From sequence record SRR20825006_727: a DNA stretch of 45,226 bases. One strand, 5' to 3'. The first letter of the stretch is position 1; the number at the start of each line of letters is the position of its first letter. Of the stretch, positions 9,983 through 20,400 are shown piece after piece. Made by a program: the position numbers and the translations under genes. The notes beneath the pieces are model-generated. The model did not search any database. It had not been told where the DNA came from and worked only from the letters and a program-made list of their open reading frames with translations.

Positions 9983-9999
9983 TTTAAAACAATGCAACT

Positions 10000-11109
10000 A
10001 TGAAACGAATACTACTTACATGTACAGCGGCTTTGTTGGGCGCTGTTTCTTTCTCTCAACAAACCAACCAAACAATTAACATACAAGGTGTTACGCGTAA
10101 CTTCATTCAATACCTTCCAACAAATTTCAATCAAGCTACGGAATCTCTTCCAGTTGTTTTTGTACTTCATGGAATTGGAGGTACTGCTAGTGGAATGACT
10201 GCTGCGGGGACGAACTCAATTGCCGATACAGCTCGCTTTATTTGTGTTTATCCGCAGGGAGTTAACAATTTTCAAGGACAGGCTTCATGGGCAAATGGAA
10301 CGGGACTTGCTTCATCTGCGAACGATTTAGGTCTGTTTAATCAATTAATTGATAAGTATATTGTAGATTTTAATGCTGATCCAACGAAAATCTATGTCAC
10401 TGGACTTTCCATGGGTTCAATCATGAGTTATACACTTGCTTGTCAAATGAATGACCGAATTGCAGCTATCGGCGCTATGTCTGGTCCGATGTCCACAAAT
10501 GACCTAAATACTTGCGTTCCTACGTATGTTACTCCAGTGATGCACGTTCACGGAACGGCAGATGATGTTGTGCCTTACGATGCGAATCCACTTCCAACGC
10601 TCACATTGGTTCCTGAAACAATCAACTTTTGGAAAAATGCGCATAACTGTGCTTCCGCTGATTCAACTCAATTGCCAAACATTGCCAATGACGGATACAC
10701 CGTAGATCGATTTGTTTATGCAGGTTGTACAACTGATAAAGCATTGGAGTTATGGAGAGTAAACGGTGGAGGTCACACGTACTTTTTCCAGCCTTTGAAT
10801 GACTTTACTGAAGCGAACGATATTTGGTTATTTTTGAGAAGATGGTCACATCCTAATCCAGCTTCTGTTGGTCTTGAATCGCACAGCTTAGCTCAAGCGG
10901 CATCGGTTGCTCCGAATCCATCTAACGGAAACTTCAAATTGACTTCTGTAAAACAAAGCACTGTTTCTGTTCAAACGATTGCCGGAAAAACGGTTCAAAC
11001 AATTGCCATTGAAGCAGGCGTGAATGAGTTAAACCTTAAGGGATTATCAAGCGGAATTTACATCTTAGAATTTTCGGACGGTTCAACGAAGAGAATATCG
11101 ATTCAATAG
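10000..11109 (+). CDS. PHB-depolymerase/LpqC-like alpha/beta-hydrolase esterase with T9SS type A sorting domain
   Basis: VLHGIGG oxyanion region, GLSMG nucleophile elbow, HGTADDVVP and GGGHT catalytic Asp/His. C-terminal APNPS...LSSGIYIL CTD. Confidence 0.85.
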   Translation: MKRILLTCTAALLGAVSFSQQTNQTINIQGVTRNFIQYLPTNFNQATESLPVVFVLHGIGGTASGMTAAGTNSIADTARFICVYPQGVNNFQGQASWANGTGLASSANDLGLFNQLIDKYIVDFNADPTKIYVTGLSMGSIMSYTLACQMNDRIAAIGAMSGPMSTNDLNTCVPTYVTPVMHVHGTADDVVPYDANPLPTLTLVPETINFWKNAHNCASADSTQLPNIANDGYTVDRFVYAGCTTDKALELWRVNGGGHTYFFQPLNDFTEANDIWLFLRRWSHPNPASVGLESHSLAQAASVAPNPSNGNFKLTSVKQSTVSVQTIAGKTVQTIAIEAGVNELNLKGLSSGIYILEFSDGSTKRISIQ

Positions 11110-11334
11110 TGTTTCGAATTCTTCTTGTGTTGCCTCTGTGAAATAAGGTGATTCGTTAAGCATGTCTTGAATTCTCAAGATTTCAGGATATTGTTCGGCT
11201 GTATGTTGGAAAAAATTCGCTTTTGTTCCAACAAGTTGAATTTCGTCGAAGTGACGATTATCTACGATGCGATAAAAAACCTTTTCATTGCGGAGTTTCC
11301 TGTATTGTGGAAAGTCCATATCTTTACTACTCAT
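11083..11334 (-). CDS. Small hypothetical protein
   Basis: 83-aa ORF with protein-like composition filling the gap between genes. TAATTTCG -7-like element 4 nt before the ATG. Confidence 0.65.
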   Translation of the reverse strand: MSSKDMDFPQYRKLRNEKVFYRIVDNRHFDEIQLVGTKANFFQHTAEQYPEILRIQDMLNESPYFTEATQEEFETLLNRYSLR

Positions 11335-11350
11335 AATACGAAATTAGCGA

Positions 11351-11989
11351 ATGTTTAGCAACGAAACCCATCAACGTGCATACGAAGCCATGAAAGCAGA
11401 ACGGTTAGACGAAGCTGTTTCGCTTTTCACACAGGCATTGGCCGAAAATCCGAATGACCCAGATATTTTAGCCGACAGAGGTGTTACTTATCTTCATTTG
11501 AACAATCGAGAAGCGAGCTATGCAGATTTTAACTTAGCACTTCAAATTCAACCCGATTATTCCTTTCGATATGCTTCTCTTGGCTATGCGAAGAACTTTT
11601 TTGGGGATATTGATGGAGCCATAGAAGATTACGAAAAAGCGGTTGAATTAGACCCCGAAGATGCTGTTGCTCACAATAACTTGGGGCTTCTACTGGAACA
11701 AAAAGGATATAAAAACAAAGCAGAAAAACGCTTTGAACAGGCCGATAAGCTTTCCAAAATGGAAAATGAGCTTTATTCCGTGATGGACGAAATAGAAAAA
11801 GGTTCTGAAAATACGGTAGAGAGCACTGTCAATGAGCAGTTACCTGAAAATCAACCAAAAATTGAACTAATCGACCCAACTGAAGAGCGGCGTAATTCGA
11901 TGGGACAAGAACTCGGAAAAGTCTTCACCAATAAGAATCAATTCAAAGAGTTTCTTCGTTTCATAAAAAATGGATTCAAACTAAAATGA
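11351..11989 (+). CDS. Tetratricopeptide repeat protein
   Basis: Several TPR motifs, e.g. AIEDYEKAVELDPEDAVAHNNLG. Confidence 0.85.
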   Translation: MFSNETHQRAYEAMKAERLDEAVSLFTQALAENPNDPDILADRGVTYLHLNNREASYADFNLALQIQPDYSFRYASLGYAKNFFGDIDGAIEDYEKAVELDPEDAVAHNNLGLLLEQKGYKNKAEKRFEQADKLSKMENELYSVMDEIEKGSENTVESTVNEQLPENQPKIELIDPTEERRNSMGQELGKVFTNKNQFKEFLRFIKNGFKLK

Positions 11990-12630
11990 CAAAAAAAGAA
12001 AAAGGAGAATTTATCGTTCAGGAATTAGAAAAACTCTATCCAGAGACTCCAATTCCACTTGACCATACAGATTCTTACACTTTGCTGGTTTCCGTTTTGC
12101 TTTCTGCTCAATGCACGGATAAGCGGGTGAATCAAATCACACCTTCTCTTTTTTCACGAGCGAATAACCCGTTCGATATGATCAAATTAAGCGTGGAAGA
12201 GATTAGAGAAATTATTCGACCATGTGGACTTTCGCCGAGAAAATCCCAAGCTATTTTCACTCTTTCCGAAATGCTCATTGCGAAATACAACGGCGAAGTT
12301 CCTGCGTCTTTTGAGGCGTTAGAAGAATTACCTGGAGTTGGACACAAAACGGCATCCGTGGTTATGGCACAAGCTTTTGGTGTTCCTGCATTCCCTGTGG
12401 ATACGCACATTCATCGATTACTCGTTCGCTGGGGCATTACGAATGGTAAAAATGTCGAGCAAACCGAAAAGGATGCAAAACGCCTTTTCCCGAAAGAGCT
12501 TTGGAATAAACTTCATCTCCAGATCATTTTTTACGGCAGAGAGTACTCTCCAGCTCGCTCACCAAAGCTAGAAACAGATTTTATCACTGCGAAAATCGGC
12601 ACGAAGAAGGCAATCGCGGAATTAAAATAA
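11986..12630 (+). CDS. nth: Endonuclease III (HhH-GPD glycosylase/lyase) lacking the C-terminal 4Fe-4S cysteines
   Basis: LLSAQCTDKRVN, HhH LPGVGHKTA (catalytic Lys), FPVDTH (catalytic Asp). Confidence 0.92.
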   Translation: MTKKEKGEFIVQELEKLYPETPIPLDHTDSYTLLVSVLLSAQCTDKRVNQITPSLFSRANNPFDMIKLSVEEIREIIRPCGLSPRKSQAIFTLSEMLIAKYNGEVPASFEALEELPGVGHKTASVVMAQAFGVPAFPVDTHIHRLLVRWGITNGKNVEQTEKDAKRLFPKELWNKLHLQIIFYGREYSPARSPKLETDFITAKIGTKKAIAELK

Positions 12631-12756
12631 TTGTCTCTTTCAAGGCAAAAAAACTTGTTTATTCTTTTCTACTCAGATTAACCGTGTAAGGATTTCTCTA
12701 GAATTACTTCTAAGAAGAGGAAGGTTATTCTTCCATAACTTTCTCAAAAATTGAAC

Positions 12757-13677
12757 ATGAAATTCAATCTCCTTCTACCTGTTATTTCGCTTACACTTTT
12801 TTCTTGCTCGGAATCAAAAAATCCTAGTCTTCAAATCCGCAATGAAAACACAATAAAGACGCACGCTATTTCTTCAACAAAGGAAGACGCTAAATACTGG
12901 TTTAGTGGTCAAGCTGAAATCACTAGTTATTCACTTAAACAAGCGCGATATGGTGAAATTCATGAAGGAACTGCAGTTTTCGTTTTCGTCACGGAACCAT
13001 TTTCTCCCAGCTTAGGAACGAAAGCAGATACTCCCAAAGAAGACAATTTGCAGGTTTTAAAACTAAATCATACTCGGAAATTTAACACTGGAATTTATCC
13101 TTATTCCATGATGACAAGTACTTTTTTTCCGTTTAACAACGGAAGTGAATCGGTAAAAATATCTTCTACAAGTCAAGAATGGTGCGGACATACTTACATG
13201 GAGTTAATGTTGAAAAAGGGGAAATTTGAAATCGATGTTGATTCCTACTTCGAAGGGGAATCCTTTGAAAATCAGCAAAGAGTAAAGGCGCTCACAGAAG
13301 ATGATATTTGGACAATGATTCGGATCAGAAATAAAGATTTACCGATTGGAAAACAGGAAATGTATCCAACTATGATGTACACGCGCTTAATGCATATTCC
13401 TTATCGTCCTTACGATTGTGAAATGTCCATTTCAAAAGGCGAAAAAGTCAACACTTACACGATTACCTTCCCAGAATTGGACAGAACTGTGAAAATCACT
13501 TTTGAAACGGCACATCCTCATGCGATTCTTAATTGGTCGGAGACGTATTATGATGGTTTCGGTACAGATCGCAAAAAACTAACCACTACTGCAACACGAA
13601 TGAAAACCATTTCTTCCGATTATTGGAACAAACATTCATTGAGCGATGCAATTTATCGAGATTCGCTTAATTTGTAA
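12757..13677 (+). CDS. Conserved Bacteroidota hypothetical lipoprotein
   Basis: Lipobox LFSC; motifs YWFSGQAEITSY, QARYGE, FNTGIYPYS and SQEWCGH. No Maf motifs are visible. Confidence 0.7.
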   Translation: MKFNLLLPVISLTLFSCSESKNPSLQIRNENTIKTHAISSTKEDAKYWFSGQAEITSYSLKQARYGEIHEGTAVFVFVTEPFSPSLGTKADTPKEDNLQVLKLNHTRKFNTGIYPYSMMTSTFFPFNNGSESVKISSTSQEWCGHTYMELMLKKGKFEIDVDSYFEGESFENQQRVKALTEDDIWTMIRIRNKDLPIGKQEMYPTMMYTRLMHIPYRPYDCEMSISKGEKVNTYTITFPELDRTVKITFETAHPHAILNWSETYYDGFGTDRKKLTTTATRMKTISSDYWNKHSLSDAIYRDSLNL

Positions 13678-13736
13678 TCTAGATGTTCTATCAGCCAAGT
13701 TTAGCGTTAGAATTTTAAAAAAATAGTGCTCTATTT

Positions 13737-13744
13737 TAATTTTG
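13737..13744 (+). promoter_or_regulatory. -7 promoter element for the two-component operon
   Basis: TAATTTTG matches TAnnTTTG upstream of ATG 13791. Confidence 0.5.
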
Positions 13745-13790
13745 CTTGTGCAGCAACCCAAACTTTGAAAAATTGTTTGTACTCTCGTGA

Positions 13791-16643
13791 ATGAGATTCA
13801 TTTTGCTCACACTTCTTCTTGTGACTTTCCTTTTAGCGAGAGGTCTTCGCGCGCAAGAATTAACCCCTGTTTTTGAGAATATTACCGAGGGCTTGCCAAG
13901 TACGGAGGTTCATGATATTTTTCAGGATTCCATCGGGTATATTTGGTTTGCTACCGACCGAGGAATCTGCAGATACGATGGAGACAAAATGAAAATCATT
14001 GAAACCGAAAAGTACTTCAAAACAAACGTTTTCTTCAAGTTTTTCAAGCAAACTGAGACTAAAGTATGGTTGTTAACAGACAAAAGCAGTTTGTATTGGT
14101 TTAATCCAGCAGAAGCCAAGCCCCAGTTTCATCCACATCCAAAAAATGCGGAGATCGAATCGGCCATGTTATCGTCCAATTTTCTAACCCAGATTAGTAA
14201 TGCAAAGTTTTTCGGAGATGATATTGCTTTGTTATTTCGACGAGCTCCAGGATATTATTACATCCCAAAAAAGGGGAATTGTAAGTGGTTTTATAATCAA
14301 GAACACAAATACTATTCGCTGTCATTAAACCGTCAGTTGGAAATTAAAAAATCGGGACAAATCTATTATACTCAATTTAATGAAAACTCAACGCCCAATC
14401 CTCCAATATCTATCCGAGTTGGCTCTGAAGTGGTAGAAAACAATGATTTTCTTAAATTATTCAAGGCGTGTGACTATGGAATTTCAGCAGAATTAGAGAC
14501 TAAACATGGAACTTATCTCTCCATCTCAGAACGACTCATTCGAGTTCAGAACAAAAAGGTAACTATAGTTGAGATTCCGAGTAAAATATTGTGCATTCTT
14601 GAATCAAATGAGAAACTTTACATTGGAACTTATGGCGGTATTATCGTTTGTGATTACGACCTCAACGTAAAAGCTCATTTATTAAAACAAAAGACCGTCA
14701 CGAAGATGTTTCTGGACAAGAATAAAAATTTCTGGGTCTCAACTCTTCAAAGTGGCCTCTATATGGCTGACAATTTGAAGATAAATGAACTGAAATTCGA
14801 TTTTGACTTTAACAACTCTAGCTTTCTGAACACAGGGAAATTTCTCGTTCTCCATGATAAAAATAAGCTCCAAGGTTTAATAATAGACAAAGACTTTAGA
14901 TTATTAAAAAGAGCTGAAGATGTTGTTATTCTTGACGACAGAATAATGTTCGACAATCCTGAAATCGTCCCATTTTTAGATCGTGTAACTCCTTTCGAAT
15001 GGCATCCTTTTCCAAACAAAGTTATGGAATGGAAGTATGGATTTATCAGTTCAAACATTGATTACTCCTTTTTACTAGTTAAGGGAGCAATCAGTAAAAT
15101 CGAAGATGGTAAGCTCTCCATTTTTTATAGACTTAACGGAAACATCCGCGCGACTTTCTGCATCGAATTGAATGATTCGAGTCTATTGATTGGATCAGAA
15201 AAAGGACTTTACAAACTGAACACAAAAACAAACGTATGTTCCAAACACCCTCTCAAAGGCACAGAAAACGTTCATTTTTACTCCGCGATAAACTTATCGG
15301 GGAAAATCATAATAACATCAGACAATGGTATTTACGACTATAACGAAGGCAAACTGTACCTCATCCCTGAAAGCAGAAAAAATAAAATTACCCTTCTTCA
15401 TAAACGAAATAATACTAGTGCGTGGGCGTGGAATGATCATTCAATCTATCAATTGAGTTTGGTAGGTGAAAAAACCTTGATTTCGAGAAAAAAATACTAT
15501 TCTACAACACCTGACGCTCTGATTAACGCATTAACGGAGTTCAATAATAATTTATGGGTTTCCACGAAGAAAGGAATTCAACTAATTGACCTCGACAGTT
15601 ACGAACAAAAGAATCGGAAAGCGAACTATACTTTTATCACCGATTCAGTGCTGATTGATTCTAAAAAATGGAGTGATCTTTCAACGATTTCTCTTTGCGA
15701 AGGAAACACAATGAGCTTGTTCTTTAGTTCCATTTGTTTTGATCGAAGTGTAAACAGGGAGTTAGAATACTCTATTGATGGTAAAACTTGGTTTGAAACG
15801 AATAAAAATACCATTGTCCTGTCTGCCTTGCACTCCGGAGAATACGTTTTAAGCATTCGAAGAATAGACGAACCTTCCAAATTACTCTTCTCCTTTCCTA
15901 TTCATGTTTCAAAGATCTGGTATCAGTCTTACTGGTTTATTACACTGTGCTCGCTAATAACGTTGAGCTTTGTTGCGTTCCTTATTTTTAGAATATTCAA
16001 ATCTAGAGACAAAAAACGGTCCTCGGAACTTGAAAAACTGAACCTTGAACTAAAGTTACTTACTTCTAAGATGAATCCACATTTTACGTTTAACACTATT
16101 AATTCGATCCAGTATTACATTCTCAAAAGTGATAAAAAAGAGGCAATTCAGTATTTATCCGACTTTGCGCTTTTAATTCGGAAAAGTCTAGAGTTTTCAA
16201 TGACAGAGCAGATCACTATTCAGGAAGAAGTAGATTTCCTGTCACTATATGTAAAATTGGAAAACAAAAGATTCGATTCAAATTTCCACTTACAATTTGA
16301 CTATCAACCGAATAATATTCAGCATAAAAAAATTCCTTCCATGCTCATTCAACCGTTGGTAGAAAATATTATTCTACATGCTGGTTACTCGGAGGAAGAC
16401 GATAAAATCATTCAAGTAAAAATAATCTATGAAAATGGCTATTTCTTTGTTCACGTCATTGATTTCGGAGCGGGAATAACTCTCAAAAAAGAACTAGGTA
16501 AACATAAGTCCTACGGCATTGACATCTTGAAATCTCGCGTGAAAATATACAATGGTTATCAATACACGGAAAGTGATGTGAGCGTTAGTTCGACTTCCCA
16601 TGGAACAACGGTAAAAATAAAATTAAAAGAATGGATACAATAA
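13791..16643 (+). CDS. LytS-family sensor histidine kinase with periplasmic beta-propeller / Y_Y_Y region
   Basis: GLPSTEVHDIFQDSIGYIWFAT propeller repeat, a TM helix, MNPHFTFNTINSIQ H-box, LIQPLVEN N-box and DFGAG G-box. Confidence 0.9.
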   Translation: MRFILLTLLLVTFLLARGLRAQELTPVFENITEGLPSTEVHDIFQDSIGYIWFATDRGICRYDGDKMKIIETEKYFKTNVFFKFFKQTETKVWLLTDKSSLYWFNPAEAKPQFHPHPKNAEIESAMLSSNFLTQISNAKFFGDDIALLFRRAPGYYYIPKKGNCKWFYNQEHKYYSLSLNRQLEIKKSGQIYYTQFNENSTPNPPISIRVGSEVVENNDFLKLFKACDYGISAELETKHGTYLSISERLIRVQNKKVTIVEIPSKILCILESNEKLYIGTYGGIIVCDYDLNVKAHLLKQKTVTKMFLDKNKNFWVSTLQSGLYMADNLKINELKFDFDFNNSSFLNTGKFLVLHDKNKLQGLIIDKDFRLLKRAEDVVILDDRIMFDNPEIVPFLDRVTPFEWHPFPNKVMEWKYGFISSNIDYSFLLVKGAISKIEDGKLSIFYRLNGNIRATFCIELNDSSLLIGSEKGLYKLNTKTNVCSKHPLKGTENVHFYSAINLSGKIIITSDNGIYDYNEGKLYLIPESRKNKITLLHKRNNTSAWAWNDHSIYQLSLVGEKTLISRKKYYSTTPDALINALTEFNNNLWVSTKKGIQLIDLDSYEQKNRKANYTFITDSVLIDSKKWSDLSTISLCEGNTMSLFFSSICFDRSVNRELEYSIDGKTWFETNKNTIVLSALHSGEYVLSIRRIDEPSKLLFSFPIHVSKIWYQSYWFITLCSLITLSFVAFLIFRIFKSRDKKRSSELEKLNLELKLLTSKMNPHFTFNTINSIQYYILKSDKKEAIQYLSDFALLIRKSLEFSMTEQITIQEEVDFLSLYVKLENKRFDSNFHLQFDYQPNNIQHKKIPSMLIQPLVENIILHAGYSEEDDKIIQVKIIYENGYFFVHVIDFGAGITLKKELGKHKSYGIDILKSRVKIYNGYQYTESDVSVSSTSHGTTVKIKLKEWIQ

Positions 16644-17320
16644 TTGTTGACGATGAGCCAAAAGCGTTAGAAATACTTGAATTCTATTTAAACGAGTACT
16701 TTCCTCAATATAATGTTGTGAATCGATACACAGATGCAAACAGCGCTTTAGAAGGAATCCTTAAAACCAAACCACAGGTTCTATTTTTGGATATCAACAT
16801 GCCGAGTGGAACTGGAATTGACTTATTGACAAAAATTCAGCACCTCGATATTCTCACCATATTTCTTACCGCTCACGCTGAATATGCCATTGAAGCCATC
16901 AAACAAAGTGCTTTCGATTATTTGCTAAAGCCGTTAAATCTCGAAGAACTCAATCGCGTAACCCTTAAAATTCAAGAGCATCAAAATCGAAACAAAGAGA
17001 TTCAAAAGAAAAAAATCAAAATTCAAATCTCAAACAGTGTCTTTCTATTTGAACAAGATGAAATAATCTTTGCCAGCTCAGAAGGAAATTATACAACCAT
17101 CTACTCCACCAGTCAAAAACCTTTAGTGCTCACAAAAAACATGAAGAAAATTGAAGATGAGTACTTATCCAGTCTCCCTTTCTTCCGATCGCATCAGTCA
17201 TTTATCGTGAACGTAAATCACATCTCTAATTATTCCACTTCCGAAATCTCACTGGGTGATGCTTTTAAAGCAGGCTTATCTGGTAAAAAATATGATGAAC
17301 TCTCGAAATTGATCTCCTAG
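16631..17320 (+). CDS. LytTR-family response regulator
   Basis: IIVDDE, FLDINMP and YLLKP receiver motifs; FFRSHQSFIVN LytTR motif; overlaps the kinase by 13 nt. Confidence 0.93.
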   Translation: MDTIIVDDEPKALEILEFYLNEYFPQYNVVNRYTDANSALEGILKTKPQVLFLDINMPSGTGIDLLTKIQHLDILTIFLTAHAEYAIEAIKQSAFDYLLKPLNLEELNRVTLKIQEHQNRNKEIQKKKIKIQISNSVFLFEQDEIIFASSEGNYTTIYSTSQKPLVLTKNMKKIEDEYLSSLPFFRSHQSFIVNVNHISNYSTSEISLGDAFKAGLSGKKYDELSKLIS

Positions 17321-17483
17321 CAGAAATCAAAAAAGAAGTAATCTGTTATCGATTTTAAGTTTTACCCTTCAAATTTTAAAAGAGTTAGTTTTTCCCTCTA
17401 AAAGTTACTTCCTTGAATAATGAAAATCTCATTTACATGTGATTGAATGAGACCAAAATTAATTTAACCAAAATTAAATCATT

Positions 17484-20400
17484 ATGAAGAAAATTCTAAG
17501 TGCAGTAACAATCATGTTATTGGCTTTAACCTTCCACAGCCATTCTCAGCAAGGGGATGTATGGACTTTTGGAAGCGGAGCCTTAATTGATTTTAACGGA
17601 GGAGGTACCATTTTAACAGGTACATCTTCCATAAGCTCATACGAAGGGTGCGCTAGTATTTCCGACAACTCAGGAAACTTATTGTTCTATACCGATGGAA
17701 TCACTATCTGGGATCAGACTCATGCTGTTATGGCAACTGGTCTTCTCGGACATTGGTCGGCAGCTCAATGCGGGATTATTGTTCCTGAACCAGGAGTCGT
17801 TCCAGGAACTTACACCAGCAGATACTATGTTTTTTCTGTTCCACAATTTGGGTCAGCTCAAGCGCGATACACACTTGTTGATATGACGCTAAATGGTGGC
17901 TTGGGTGGTGTTTCTGGGGTAATTAATAATTTAATGCCTGATAACCTAACGGCCAACAATACAACAGAAGGAATTACAGTGGCTCGCGACTGTGAAGGTG
18001 GTTTTTGGGTTGTTACACACGAAACAAACAATAACAGATTTAAGTCCTACCAAATTGCAAATTCAGGTATTTCGATGCCTGTAATTTCTAATGTAGGCCC
18101 TGTAGTGCCAATCACTGGAGGAAACGTTAACAGTGCTTCGTGCATGAAAATGTCTCCTTTAAACAATCGATTAGCATTTATTGTTAGACAAACAAGTGTT
18201 AATCTACTGGATTTTAATCCGTTAAATGGCGTTATATCTAATAACACAAGTGTTATAGCTAGTGCTGGAAGAGCGTATTACGGAGTTGAATTCTCTCCAG
18301 ACGGGAATATTCTTTATTACACAGATATTCTGACAGGTCTTTATGCCTACAACATTTCTACATTAGGGACTTCAGGAAATTTAGCAGGTTTTGTACCGAG
18401 CGCGACTGATCTTCTTGGAGCACTTCAACTTGGACCAGATGGAAGAATTTATGTCGGGCGAGATGGCGACTCAAACATGGGAAATCTCAATCAAACATCA
18501 CTTGGAGTGATTTCAAATCCCAACAGTTTCCCTGGAGCTACATTTAACCCGAGCGGTCTTACTTTAGCAGCAACAACTGGATCAAAAGTTGGATTGCCGA
18601 ACATTATCCCTTCATTCATCACCCCTCAACCGAATATTGTTGGTGACAATTTAATTTGCCTCGGTGATAGTACAACACTCACGGCTTCTGGAGGATCCAT
18701 TTATACATGGTCACCACCAACTGGATTAAACACTACTACAGGAGCTACAGTAATAGCATCTCCTACTTCAACACAAACGTACACGGTTGAATCATCATTA
18801 AATGGATGTGAGTTTAGTTCACAATTTACGGTAACCGTGGAAAACTGTTGTACCGCAGCAAATGATCCGTCATTTCAAACCGCTCCGACTTTCATCAACG
18901 CAGATACTTACTGGACTGAAAAAATGTATATTCCAGATGGCGTAATTGTAACTGTCGACAATGCTATTCTAGACCTCACAAATGTCGATCTTGTATTTGG
19001 CGAATGTGCAGGAATCGACTTCGTTAATGGTTCGATATTGCGTGCGAACAATTCAGTATTCAGACCGTGTAATATGGACGAAACATGGAGAGGACTGCGA
19101 TTCGATGGTTTCAATGATATCTCACACCAAATCAATGAGTCTACATTCAAAAATGCTGAAATTGCGCTATTGTTTATTAAAAATGCTCAAGCAGAGATCA
19201 ATTCAAACACTTTCTCAAACTGTAACGAAGGCATCACTTTGAACAATTCAAGATTCTCTGAATCCATTTTTGGAAACAACTTTGTGAGCAACAATGCTTA
19301 TCCTCAGTTTACTAACTGTTATCAAACGACATCGCCAAATGACGTAATCCATATTCATGGAGTTGGTTCTCCCGATGACGCAGGACAAGCCATGGCGATA
19401 GTTCAAAACAACTTTACCATGTCGAATAACTTTGGATTTCTCCAAGCAACAGGAATTGATTTGTTGAACTCAAGTGCTTCGATCACTGAAAACACGATGA
19501 CGAATATGGAATTTGGTATTGTTATCACAGACCCTCGATCTTCTATGACTATTGAAGGAAATGAAATCGAAAACAACCATAATTTCAATGCATTAAATGC
19601 CTCAATAGCTCAGATTTCATTGTTTGGTTCCAAAGGTGTTTTTGTATCTATCAACAACAATGAATTGAGAAATAGTATAAACAATTCTTATACTTCTTCA
19701 GCGATATACACGGAAGGTTCAAGCAATACACATATTCAGAACAATGAAATTCAAGGTTTTAACTTTGGTATAAACATGAATCAGTCTACGCGTGCAAATG
19801 TTTCCGAGAACATCATCTCAAGCATTGGAACGATCGGAATCTACCTGAATGAAGCATCAAATGATATTAATTTTATCACATGTAACGATATCACGATGAT
19901 TGCTGGTAAAGGAATAGGAATTTCTACTTTGCAAACTTCACGACTTACACAAATTACATCTAACTGTGTAAAAGATGGTCGAGAAGGAATTCGTGTAAAC
20001 GGAGTTAATCCAATCCCTTTGATTAGAAATAACTACTTGTACAACTACACAACGGGGATTAACAATATTGGACATACAGGAAGCATCGGTACATCTGTCG
20101 ATCCTGGAATGAACACGCTTTGGAGTAACAATAACGGTGCACTTGATGTAGCTAGTTCTGGAGCGAGCATTACGATCGCAAATAACTTCGGCATGTTTAA
20201 TTGTACTTGGGGAACTGTTTCAATTACAGCAAACAACCCTATTCATTCAACAGCTTCTTGCGGTCATCAAATATTCAATATGCCGTCACAAGGTAGTTTG
20301 AACAATAGTTATACTTGCGATAACATGGATCTTTTCATGCAACCTGGCATCAAGATGAATGCGAATGTTGAACTTCCTGAGGCTAACTATGCTATTGAAT

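Noticed and set aside
12757-13677. Maf / septum formation inhibitor label, which I recall being attached to similar proteins
   Set aside because: No Maf motifs (e.g. LASxSPRR) are present and the protein has a lipoprotein signal.
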